Assembly: GCA_963768425.1 (NCBI GenBank)
Contig: CAVYHV010000006.1
Coordinates: forward strand, 64,001 to 128,000
Length of the DNA: 64,000 nt
DNA from: Candidatus Bathyarchaeota archaeon
GTDB lineage: Archaea > Thermoproteota > Bathyarchaeia > Bathyarchaeales > Bathycorpusculaceae
Reading direction: 5' to 3'
How positions within the stretch are numbered: the stretch's first letter is position 1; each line of letters begins with the position of its first letter. Below the pieces are notes generated by a model that was given only the letters and a program-made list of their open reading frames with translations, searched no databases and was not told the DNA's origin. This document shows, piece by piece, positions 51,707 through 61,431 of this stretch. Made by a program: the position numbers and the translations under genes.

Positions 51707-52219
51707 ATGGTGCGACCGCAAGACAGAAAATTCGTTACTGCTGACCCAGAAAAATGCATAGGCTGCTGTGTCTGTGAGTACGCTTGTAGCATGGTCAACG
51801 AGAAAACATTCAACCCAACTAAATCACGCATACGCGCTATGAGAATGGGGCCTCTAATCAACATGGCAATCACCTGTAGACATTGCGAAGATCCGGCGTG
51901 TGTAGCCGCCTGCCCAAGAGACGCCCTCAGCCAAGAAGATGACTCAGGAATAATTCGTGTAGACGAGAACGCATGTAACGGCTGTGGATGGTGCATCAGT
52001 GCATGCCAATTCGGCGCCATGAACATGCATCCAGATAAGAAAATCGTCTTCACATGCAACAGCTGCACAGACAACGACACAAAAGAGCCCCAATGCGTCA
52101 AATGGTGCCCTGAAGAAGCATTAACCTATGTAACAGCCGAAACATTAGCGCAGAAATACCGCCAGAAAGCAGTCAAAAACCTGTTCCAAGCGGCAGAAGC
52201 GGAAGCCAAATCCAAGTAA
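51707..52219 (+). CDS. 4x[4Fe-4S] ferredoxin-like electron-transfer subunit of AOR
   Basis: CIGCCVCEYAC, CRHCEDPACV.ACP, CNGCGWCISAC, CNSC..CVKWCP; GGAGG RBS. Confidence 0.9.
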   Translation: MVRPQDRKFVTADPEKCIGCCVCEYACSMVNEKTFNPTKSRIRAMRMGPLINMAITCRHCEDPACVAACPRDALSQEDDSGIIRVDENACNGCGWCISACQFGAMNMHPDKKIVFTCNSCTDNDTKEPQCVKWCPEEALTYVTAETLAQKYRQKAVKNLFQAAEAEAKSK

Positions 52220-52304
52220 AACCAATCTAAAGACTTTTTAACTTCTTTATTTATTTTCGCTCGAACCCCTGTTTGCTTTTTCAACCTTTTCAAAAACTTT
52301 TTGC

Positions 52305-54252
52305 TCAAGTTCTTGGGTACTGCGACCCATTTGGAGTCTCCACTTTTTGTTTCGGTTTGCCACTTGTTAGTACGATTGCGATGACAACTGCCCCGATTAC
52401 GAGTGCTACTAATATTGCAATGACCAGCCCTTCAAAAAATATTAAAGATGGCAGGGTAAAAAACGGGTTTAGAATCGAGTATATTGGTCCATAGTTAGCT
52501 CCGAAGACAGTTCCAGAGTCAGCCCAAACCCACACTGTCACTGATTCTAATCCTCCCGGGTACGTATGGTCTAGGGGAACTACAACGTTCCAATACGGGT
52601 ACAGGGCGGATGAGGTTCTGTCTGCCGTTGCCAAGGTTGCCGACGTTTCCGAGTCATTTACGTTGAGATTTGTGATTGTGGCTTTGGTTCCGTTCCCAAA
52701 AACATAGGAATAACTTACGCTTTTCATAACGTAGTTTTCAGCGGTTTTGATTGCCTGCTCTTTTGGAATGAAGATAGTGGTGTCGCCGATGCCGTAAATC
52801 GCGCGGCTATCAGAGAACGATAAGCTGTAACCGTTGTTCTCCAGACTCAGGGTTATGCCCGTGTAGTCTGCTCCGTTATAAGTATAGTGCCAATCAAAGA
52901 GTGTGTAGTGCCCGAGCATATTTGTTATTTTAAGGTCAAGGTTGCCCAAGACTTCAGTGGCGTTGTTTGATGAACCCGCCGTTTCTAAAAGGGCAACCAT
53001 TTTTCCAACTTCAGAATCATTTGTCCAAGCCTGATAATTCTGCATAATACTCAAGGCTGCATCATAATCGGTTGGGAACAGTGAGGCATTAAGAAGTTTA
53101 CCGTTGCCATTGTATACGTCGCAGTTTGCCACGCTGCGTTGCTAATTTGGAAATCCACGGTCGCGCTGACTTTGGAACTGTGAAGCTGGTAGAATAGGTT
53201 TTCTGTCTGGTAGCCTGCGTCGGAAGGCTCCTGGTAATCCTGCTGCAAGGTGACTTCGTAGTTGTTTAAGTTAACCTGAAGGACATTTTTCAAGAAAGAC
53301 AAAGCTCCAGTCTGACTGTTCGCAAGCACGGGGGAAAGCGCTGCGGGGACAGGTGGGATTGCAGCTTGGATGTTAAATGGCGTCAGGAGTGGGTATCGGT
53401 CAACATAGTTGTAGAAGGCTTGGAAACTGTTCGGGCTATAATTGGTTATTGTGTATGGGGTGTCGCCTATGCCGTCGCCGTTTGTACTTGTGCCGCTGTA
53501 GCCGCTCCAGTAGTTGCCGCTGGAACCGTTGTCCCACGCAGGAACTGCTGACTGCAGAGGTCTCTGGGGGTAACCTACCGTTTGGTCAACTAGGTTTTGT
53601 TTGTTGTTGACAAAGTTGTTATGGTAGACGGTTTGGCTCCATCCTGTACTATCTAAAATTATTGCGGTTTGGTTGCAGTTTGAAATGTTGTTTTGAACAA
53701 TCACGTTTCCCGAATCGAAAAGATAAAGCCCTACATTGTTATCCGTGATGTCGTTGCCAGCAATGAAGTTGAGCCCGCCGGGTCCAATGCGAATGCCCTC
53801 ACTGTTCCTCACGATTGTGTTCCCCACCATGTCATAGTATTGTGCGTAAATCTTAAAGCCGCTTTGGCAGCCGGTAATTTGGCAGTTTTGGACAGTGTTG
53901 TTGTTGAAAACGCCCAGTACGCCTGCCTGCCAATTCCCGATTTTGAAGTTTTCTACGGTTACGTTGCTACAGGTCAAGTTTAATGCTACGCCACCTCCGT
54001 CGCCTTGAGCATGTAACCTGCTCCGTTGAGGACGATGTTGTCTTTTTCCACAATAATCGGGTTCTCTATGTCGCCTGTAAGAGTGTAGGTTTCTCCAATT
54101 TGGTGAATTGGCGCTGAGGAAGGGGTGACGGTGCCGTTGGGTTTGATGTAAATGATACCTGAAACCGCGGAATGAACGGGCTGCACCGCAATTGCGCACA
54201 AAAGTAAGGCTAACACGAGAACCAAGGTGGCAATCGCTCTATTCATACCCAT
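52305..54252 (-). CDS. Secreted NosD/parallel beta-helix surface protein with C-terminal TM anchor (two indels)
   Basis: Signal peptide ..PVHS, IYIKPNG, repeated N-x-I-x-x-N beta-helix turns, WDNGSSGNYWS..GDGIGDTPY, DRYPL, C-terminal TM. Confidence 0.82.
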
Positions 54253-54336
54253 CCAAGTTAGAATCAGCCTGCTTAACTTTTAAGATTTGCGAAAATCTTT
54301 CACCGAAGGTCGAGCCCGCGAGCTTCAATTTTTGCG

Positions 54337-56391
54337 CTAAGCTGCCTTTTCAGATATAGTTCCCTTCGTGTAGGGCACGTATTCTCTGATTTGTTCAATT
54401 GAGGTTTTTCCTGATTTTTCTCGCTGCTCCTTAGGCAACTTAAGCATCAGTGACCTAAGAATCCGCTGCAAAAGCTCCTTGCCCATGTAATCACCCGGCA
54501 ACAAAATGACATAAGCTTTGGTCTTTGTTTTCACTGCATCTACTGGTCCACCGACAAAGCTTGTTTCATCATTAAGCGTTATGCCAATAGCGACCTTAAG
54601 GGCCACTCCCCGCATCCAGTTTCGTTTGCCCACCACTGCGAATGCGCCATGTGGAACAGACTCGCCTGAAGGGCCACTCTTGCTGAGCTGGTCAACTTTG
54701 ACCCAGTAAACATCCGCAGAACCTGCGTTTTCACGCCAAGCCCGTGAAAAAGACGCTGCGAACTCGCCAGCTTCACGAAGCGTTTGCTCGGGTATGGTTT
54801 TGCCTTCAGCCTTCACAACTGTGAAGGGTGCTCCTGAAATTTCAGCGTGAAACACAACGTCCTCTTGAGTGGTATATTTTTTTATAAGTACCTCGTTGCT
54901 GACTGTGTCCTTGCCTGCAACCACCAAGAACCCATCGGAAGAGGTGAACCAACGGAATTTCTCGTACCACTCCTTATTTTCTCTCTCCAATTTACGTTTG
55001 GCAAGCGCTTCCACAATCTCGCCTGGCTTAAGACTCTTAAGCTCCTCAGCTCGGGCAAGCTCCTTTTCAATTTGAGCTAACCGTTTCTTGGACTCCTCCA
55101 GCGCCGATTGCGCACCCTCGGTTTTCTGTTTCGCCTTTTTTCCGCGTTCGTAGTACTCGTTGGCGTTTTCGTAAATCGAGCGACGCAGGCTAATGCTGAA
55201 CTTCAGCCCTTCGATATGCATGTTCAGGGATAGGTTGCGTCCGTCAAAAGATTCAACCCAGGCATAAGGTTCTTTGCCGCCTTTTTTCGCCTCCAAAGCC
55301 TCAGCTATGGTGGCCCAGTCTTTTCCTTCCCTGTTTGCCCTGAGCAGAGTTTCTGTGAATGTTTGGAGTGTGTTCAAGTGGCTGTAGATTGTGTTGCCGA
55401 TGTTTTTGTCGACTTCGGTTTTTTTCTCTTCTTGGCTGATGGATTTTTCTTGGTCAGCGACTACCCGTTTGAGTCGTTCAGCTTCCTGTTTAAGCTTACT
55501 AACTTCAACGCTGGCAACCGCTTTTTCAGCAGCAATTACTTGGAGGAAAAACTCATCCGCCGCCTCGTTAAACGTTTTATAATCTTGAGTTTTGAATCCT
55601 TCATAACGTTTGAGTTTCAAGGGAACTACATCAAGAAAGCTTCCGTTTTGGTCAAGAACTATGTTGGGCTCCAAATTATCCTCCGCTAATTTAGAAAGCA
55701 AGCCTTGGAGCCCATCAAAAATACCTTTGGCTTCGTCAAATGTTAAATTTTTGCAAGGTTTGGATTTCTCCACTCCCGCCCTAAGGAGCATCTCTTCCGC
55801 GTATACTCCTCCTATGCCCAGAAAACGTGACATCGCCCTCACCACTTCAGTTTCGCCTGCTTTCTCCAAACCTTCCTGCAGTTCGGGGATGGTAAGTTTG
55901 AAGGGGTTTTTGCCGCTTGGAGGTGGCAACATCAAAGTTTCGTTTCGCAAAATATTTCGATCTCGCATCCGCTTGAAGAACAATGCCTGCATAATCTGGT
56001 TTTTCTCGCTTGTGAGGATTATGTTGCCTTCCCCGAAAAGCTCTGCAACCAAACTGAGCAAACCATCCTTGGTTCTGAAGGTCACCGTTACAATTCTCTC
56101 AAACTCGTACTGATCAATGCCGACAAGCCAAGCACTGCGCAAGTACTTTCTTAACGACATACAGAACTCGGGCGGCGTAGCAGGGCTTTCTGGCGCGTAG
56201 ACGGTTGAGTGTAGCCTTCTGCCCGCTTCCAAAATAAGCTTAATGGGCGGCGCATCAGTCTTGTGAAGCTTGAAAACCAGGGTCTTCTCGTCAAGCTGAT
56301 AGATGTTGTTCACTCTGGAATCGGTTATTGCCAGCTTTAGTTCTTTGACGGCGGCTGCAATGTCGAAGCTTGTGAATTCTTTCTTGCGCAT
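54337..56391 (-). CDS. rqcH: Ribosome quality-control factor RqcH/NEMF (NFACT family)
   Basis: TSFD, FCMSLRKYL, FERI, ELFGEGNIIL, WYEKFRWF.SSDG..V.AGKD..NE, HAEISGAP, GAF.V.G.R. Confidence 0.93.
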   Translation of the reverse strand: MRKKEFTSFDIAAAVKELKLAITDSRVNNIYQLDEKTLVFKLHKTDAPPIKLILEAGRRLHSTVYAPESPATPPEFCMSLRKYLRSAWLVGIDQYEFERIVTVTFRTKDGLLSLVAELFGEGNIILTSEKNQIMQALFFKRMRDRNILRNETLMLPPPSGKNPFKLTIPELQEGLEKAGETEVVRAMSRFLGIGGVYAEEMLLRAGVEKSKPCKNLTFDEAKGIFDGLQGLLSKLAEDNLEPNIVLDQNGSFLDVVPLKLKRYEGFKTQDYKTFNEAADEFFLQVIAAEKAVASVEVSKLKQEAERLKRVVADQEKSISQEEKKTEVDKNIGNTIYSHLNTLQTFTETLLRANREGKDWATIAEALEAKKGGKEPYAWVESFDGRNLSLNMHIEGLKFSISLRRSIYENANEYYERGKKAKQKTEGAQSALEESKKRLAQIEKELARAEELKSLKPGEIVEALAKRKLERENKEWYEKFRWFTSSDGFLVVAGKDTVSNEVLIKKYTTQEDVVFHAEISGAPFTVVKAEGKTIPEQTLREAGEFAASFSRAWRENAGSADVYWVKVDQLSKSGPSGESVPHGAFAVVGKRNWMRGVALKVAIGITLNDETSFVGGPVDAVKTKTKAYVILLPGDYMGKELLQRILRSLMLKLPKEQREKSGKTSIEQIREYVPYTKGTISEKAA

Positions 56392-56653
56392 GTTAAACCA
56401 TCAAGGGCGGTTTTTAGTAATTAACCTATTTGTATCGCATTAGCGGGAATTCATTAAACTAGTCGTTTTCGAGGCAGAAATTTGGTCATAGAAGACATGC
56501 CTAGTGGCAGAGCCGACAAAGCAAGAAGAATAATGCAGAAAATGGATCCCGATTTCCAACTACTGCGCAAATTCCCTTTTTTCCCTCTCAAACCAACTAG
56601 CTTTTTGTTATGGTTGGAAATGCGAACTCTTCTGCCAGTTGCAGCCAGAAAGC

Positions 56654-56794
56654 TTAAGCTTTTCTTCTTTTCTTTGGTTCTTTAATGAAGCCTTCCCCAA
56701 CTATCTGTTCAACGATGCAAACGATGTCTAAATCTAATAAGTCGATAGTAATTGGGAGCTCATTGCAGATTTCAAGCTTTTGTTTACTTTTCAT
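56654..56794 (-). CDS. Possible 46-aa small protein (MKSKQKLEICNELP...KEPKKRRKA)
   Basis: Manually translated ATG-to-TAA frame in an otherwise non-coding region. Confidence 0.3.
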   Translation of the reverse strand: MKSKQKLEICNELPITIDLLDLDIVCIVEQIVGEGFIKEPKKRRKA

Positions 56795-57593
56795 TTTGAG
56801 TCAAAAGCAGTTTGACTTAACTCATAAAAAGATTTTATGAATGCGGGATTAAGTTTTTCAGCCGTACACTGCTTTCTTAGATAGAAAACAAGTTGATATC
56901 CAAAAAAAGAGACTTTATGGAGAAAGAAAAACCTCTACCTTGAAGCTTCTATTTCCCTGGCTTAATCCTTTATGTTTTTACCGCCAATCAGGGATTTCTT
57001 TTTCTCCATCTATAGATGCTATAGAAAATTAAGACAATTAGAATAGCTATGACAAAATATATTTGATTGGTTTCTGAGTTTGTTGTCACACTAGCTTGTG
57101 CATGGGCAAAGGGAACTAGGAATAACGGTATAGGAAACAAGCCAATTAGTATTGGATAAAGAAACTTTTTGTCAGAATAATTGGATTTGTTTGATATTGA
57201 TAGTCTATATTTAGGTTATTCAATTTTAAGACTTTTTGACACCGTAAATAACCATAAAACCACCGATGCCAGCAACTATTGAGCCGCATCCATTTTACGC
57301 AACGATTATCCTATTCTACGCTTTGTGGCTTTAAGTTTTTGCAATGATTTCATCTCGCCTACTTCTGTCACATGGTCTGGTTAAGTCAAACATGATTAGT
57401 GTTCTTCCATGGGTGATGTTTGAGTTAATGTTTGTCTTATCGGGGACGCTACAATCTCCTTATAGTTAAAGGGATGTGTACTCTTGGGGCGAGACATATT
57501 GGAAAGCAAAGTAACTTGGATAAGTGATAAGCACAGGCACCCAGAAAGATACAAAGAAGAAAACGAAACTTACCCGCAAGTATCTCTACGCAG

Positions 57594-57941
57594 GTGAATA
57601 CAATGGACTTCTGCCCAAAATGCGGATCGATACTTCAAACAGCAAAAAAGGCCTCTTTCACACTTAGATGCCCAAAATGTAAATACCAAAAACCAATGGA
57701 ACTTAAAGAATCAAACAAAAAAATTAGTCTACATCTTGGCAAAGTAGCTGAAATCGCGGTCATAGACCAACGCAAAGAGGCACAACTTAGACAGCTTCCG
57801 ACAATTCGTTTGGTGTGTGAAACATGCGGAAACACCGAAAGCGAAACTTGGAACGTTGAGGCGGCAGATGAGACTATCCATTCAACAATTACATTCTTCA
57901 GATGCACAAAATGTAAAACCACCCGAAGAGAATCTGGATAA
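57594..57941 (+). CDS. Transcription factor S / RpoM-family Zn-ribbon protein, divergent paralog (ATG 57603)
   Basis: MDFCPKCGS..CPKC N-terminal ribbon; CETCGN..ADE..FFRCTKC..RE C-terminal ribbon. Confidence 0.85.
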   Translation: MNTMDFCPKCGSILQTAKKASFTLRCPKCKYQKPMELKESNKKISLHLGKVAEIAVIDQRKEAQLRQLPTIRLVCETCGNTESETWNVEAADETIHSTITFFRCTKCKTTRRESG

Positions 57942-58083
57942 CCCAATAACGCACTTGTCAGATACAACTGATTGAATAAAAATAGGGAAATGCCGGCGAC
58001 ATCTCCTCGACTTAGAGGGTTTGAATCGCATCCCCTTTATTAATACAAGCCAAAACTATTTGGAGCGTCTAAAGGTCTGCGAG

Positions 58084-58380
58084 TTATGGGATATACTCTT
58101 CGACAAGTTTCTCTGCTTGTTCTTCAGACAGATAGTCGGACAAATACATTTTGATGAGTTCTCTAAGAACATTCCTTCGTAGTTCCTTGTTCTTTTCATT
58201 ATTTGAAGCATCATTAATGGAACTGTACCGACTATTAATCGCGCTATTCGGGTTGTTGATGTCGTAATTTGGATTGTTGATGTCGCTCTTCGGATTATTT
58301 AGATTGTTATCAGGATCGTTCTCTTGAGTTTGCAAATCTTTGACAATACGCTTAAACAGTTCACCAATAGTTACAGGCAT
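58084..58380 (-). CDS. Hypothetical protein with Asn-rich heptad repeats
   Basis: GGAGTG RBS; NNPKSDI-NNPNYDI-NNPNSAI-NSRYSSI. Confidence 0.65.
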   Translation of the reverse strand: MPVTIGELFKRIVKDLQTQENDPDNNLNNPKSDINNPNYDINNPNSAINSRYSSINDASNNEKNKELRRNVLRELIKMYLSDYLSEEQAEKLVEEYIP

Positions 58381-58526
58381 AAAAACACTCCATGTAGACT
58401 ACTTATTTCTAAACAAATCGGCCTTATTAGACTCATGTTTTTTCCTTCAAATAAAAAAGCTTTTTTGTTAAAATCAAGAGATAATCAAAAAAGGGGAACG
58501 CGAGTGAAGTCTTCACCGAATGGAGC

Positions 58527-58549
58527 GTTCAAGTCCCACTCCGGCACCA
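58527..58549 (+). other. Isolated tRNA 3'-end fragment (att-like scar)
   Basis: GTTCAAGTCCCACTCCGGCACCA resembles T-loop, 3' T-stem, acceptor 3' strand and CCA; no pairing 5' half upstream. Confidence 0.5.
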
Positions 58550-58585
58550 TTATGTTAAAGAATATCTGCTTGGGTTAGAATTACA

Positions 58586-58795
58586 ATGGAGTTTGTGCAT
58601 TTGAAGGGTGAATTTGAAAAACAAGTCAAAAAGCTTTGCCTTGATCCTAACGCGGAGAAGGAACTAATCGATATGATAAACAAAGCTACAAGCGAAGACC
58701 AATGCATGTGCTGCGAATCCAAAGAAGGTTGTGAGAATTTCAAGTGGCACAAAAAATGGCTCAACACCAACAATTGCAATTGCTGCCCCCCATAA
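58586..58795 (+). CDS. Small Cys-rich hypothetical protein
   Basis: CMCC..C..CNCC. Confidence 0.55.
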   Translation: MEFVHLKGEFEKQVKKLCLDPNAEKELIDMINKATSEDQCMCCESKEGCENFKWHKKWLNTNNCNCCPP

Positions 58796-58890
58796 GCCAG
58801 ACCGTTTATTCTTAGGATTTACTCTAATCGTGACTTCTTCTGAAAATTACTCGTTAGCAGAGCAGATTGTTTCGTGAAAGTAACTGTTGC

Positions 58891-59328
58891 TTAGCTATGA
58901 TTAGTTTTGCGGTCTGATGTGTACGGTTTAGCTATTTTTGCTTTCACTTCTGGCTTTGGTTCGCAGAAAATCTGTGTGGTGATACCTCTTTGATCAGTTT
59001 GGTAAGCACAGAGAAAAAGTCCGAACGCAGAAGAACAAACTTCAAAGTGTTTCATTCCTACCACTGCAGCCATCTTTACTAGCTTTTGGTTGCAATAAAC
59101 ACAGTGGTTGGGTTTAACTTTTGGAAGATGTGCTTTGGATCCGTTTGAAGGACCGCAGTAGATTTCGGTTCCGTTGGTAATGAAGTTGGACCAAAGTGAT
59201 TGGTAAAGGCTGGGGCACATACGATAATTGCCATAAGATTGAAGATTAAGGATGTGAACAAACTGTTTCCCGCATTTCCTGCAATTTTCCGCAAACATTT
59301 CTGAATCCTCGGTTATTATGGTTTCCAA
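58891..59328 (-). CDS. Cys-rich hypothetical protein (putative Zn-binding)
   Basis: CRKC, CP, YCG, HCVYC, further Cys; GGGTG leader. Confidence 0.55.
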   Translation of the reverse strand: METIITEDSEMFAENCRKCGKQFVHILNLQSYGNYRMCPSLYQSLWSNFITNGTEIYCGPSNGSKAHLPKVKPNHCVYCNQKLVKMAAVVGMKHFEVCSSAFGLFLCAYQTDQRGITTQIFCEPKPEVKAKIAKPYTSDRKTNHS

Positions 59329-59478
59329 TCAAGCACCCGTGCAATCAAAGGCTATTTAAAACTTAGCAGACCTCAGCCATTGTGAACAAAGAACTATGCT
59401 GAACAATTTAACTAAATATATAACGAATACCTTATTAAAGTAAGGATAAAATATACTTTGCCAAGGATTACATAAGAC

Positions 59479-59769
59479 ATGACGCCTGTTGTTCAACTTT
59501 ACTGGATTCGAGTCTCGTTGGGAGTAGTTGCCGGGGCCATAAGCGCGGTTCTAGCTTTATACCTGCCCTTAAATGACCTTAGCAGCCTAATCGACAGCTT
59601 CACAGTAGCCCTTCTTATCTATCTGGTATCCTACTATCCGCTTAAGGCAATATACTCAAAAAAGATAGAAAAACAATCAAAAATATTGAGCACAGCCGTG
59701 ATAATGTACTTCTTCGCCTGGCTGCCATTCTTCGTCCTGTTCTTTACGCTGTTCAAAATCTACGCTTAA
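59479..59769 (+). CDS. Three-TM membrane protein, EMC6/Rab5ip-like pattern
   Basis: YWIR..G..AG in TM1, Y...W in TM3, basic loop between TM2 and TM3. Confidence 0.6.
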   Translation: MTPVVQLYWIRVSLGVVAGAISAVLALYLPLNDLSSLIDSFTVALLIYLVSYYPLKAIYSKKIEKQSKILSTAVIMYFFAWLPFFVLFFTLFKIYA

Positions 59770-59785
59770 TTTTATTGCTAAAGAA

Positions 59786-60241
59786 TTATTCTTGGTTTTT
59801 CTGGAAAAAATTCGCGATTGTGGCTTGGCTCTTGTCGCTTCGTAATGTTTCTATTTTTTCTGGTTCGCTTGGTTTTGCGTTTCCGTTCGGCGGTGCGATG
59901 TCCATTCGGGTTAGGATTCGCATGCAGTCTGCCCATGCCGAAAAGTATCCGCGGTCAAAGTCTCCGTGTAAGCCGTTGCCCATATGTTCTAGGAACTCTT
60001 TTCTGTAATTGTGCAGGGCTACTTTGTCGCTTAAATCAATCTTTGAAAAAAATGCGTAGTCGTCAGTGGCGCTGTTTTTTCGCGCTAGGTAGATACCGTA
60101 AAGTGCCCGGAAATATCCTCTGTTCCAATCTGTTTTCTGCATTTTCTGTTTTACTCGTTCCAACTCGCGTTCGGCTTCGGTGAATTGCCTGCTAATTATG
60201 AGTTGGAAGTACCTTGTTACAAGGGCTTGTGAAATCGGCAT
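59786..60241 (-). CDS. Hypothetical helical protein with C-terminal PIP-box-like motif
   Basis: Repeated RGYF motifs; ends QATIANFF; starts 3 bp after the radA stop. Confidence 0.75.
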   Translation of the reverse strand: MPISQALVTRYFQLIISRQFTEAERELERVKQKMQKTDWNRGYFRALYGIYLARKNSATDDYAFFSKIDLSDKVALHNYRKEFLEHMGNGLHGDFDRGYFSAWADCMRILTRMDIAPPNGNAKPSEPEKIETLRSDKSQATIANFFQKNQE

Positions 60242-60244
60242 GTT

Positions 60245-61305
60245 TTAGCGTCCGCGACTTTTAGTAGCTTTCTCCTCTTCAGAGACATCTTCTATTCCGT
60301 TTTCGGTTACTTTAAGTATTTCCTCTCCTTCCGGCAAATATGGGCTTGAAACCAGCCTTGCAATCCGTATTGGACCATGTGATGCTTTTCGAAGGTAGAG
60401 CCTTGTGTGGCTTGTATGGCCCACGATGTTTCCGCCTATGGGGTGAATTGCGTCGCCGAAGAACTGGTCTGGCTTCGCCATTACCTGGTTAGTTACAACT
60501 GCAACAGCGTTGAATGCCCGGGCTAAACCGATTAGCTTATGCATATGCTTGTTCAGCTTCTGCTGTCTTGAAGCCAACATTTCTCTTCCAAGATATTCGC
60601 TTCGGAAATGCGCTGTTAAAGAGTCTACTATGATTAGTTTGATGTTGTTTTGCTTGATTATTTCATCGGCGTTTTCGAGAAGGAACATCTGATGGTCTGA
60701 AGTGTAGGCTTCAGCGTAAATTATGTTCTTAACCACTGTGTCAGGGTCTAAACCTAAAAAGTTGGACATTTGTACGATACGTTCAAGCCTGAACGTATTT
60801 TCCGTGTCAACATATAATGCTGCGCCATTTAGTCCACCTCTCTCCGGAGGCAACTGGACGTTAACGCAGAGTTGATGGCAGATTTGGCTTTTCCCGCTGC
60901 CGTATTCGCCGTAAAACTCCGATATCGTCTGAGTTTCTAATCCGCCGTCAAGCACTTTGTCTAAGGCTTTGCTCCCTGTGGTCAAACGCAAGACGTTTTT
61001 TCGCATTTTGAAAAGTTCGTCTGCGCGGATGAATGAGACACCTAGGGATGAGCGTGCTGCTTGTATGATTTGGGCAGCTTTTTTCTCGCTTACCCCACAG
61101 GCTCAAGTTCTCGCGATGTAGCCATGGCTAAGGATTCCACTTGGTGATATCCGAGTTCACGGAGCTTTTGCGCGGTCGCTGGTCCGACTCCTGGGAGGTC
61201 TTCTATAAACTCATATTTTGGCTTGGACGGTTCAGTCTGCTTTTCTGAGGTTTCCTCTTGTGCTTCGTCTTCCTGGTTTTGGTCGTCTTCATTTTCATCC
61301 TTCAT
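60245..61305 (-). CDS. radA: DNA repair and recombination protein RadA (indel in a G-run near 61093)
   Basis: [13 protein letters not shown] Hh[42 protein letters not shown]. Confidence 0.96.
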
Positions 61306-61431
61306 TGTATTCACACGTTGCAACATGATGTAATGTTTGGGTATTTAAAATAACCGAAGAACAAGACATATTGCAGAGTGGAGAGGTGACTGAAAGTAAA
61401 CTTTCATCTTTTGGCCGCTTAGTCAAGAAAC

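Noticed and set aside
57992-58035. Second tRNA-like fragment (GGGTTTGAATCGC)
   Set aside because: No pairing T-stem, acceptor strand or CCA; too weak.
60245-61305. radA and other split genes as true pseudogenes or programmed frameshifts
   Set aside because: Both halves are well conserved, breaks are single-base and often at homopolymers, and there is no shared slippery-site pattern.
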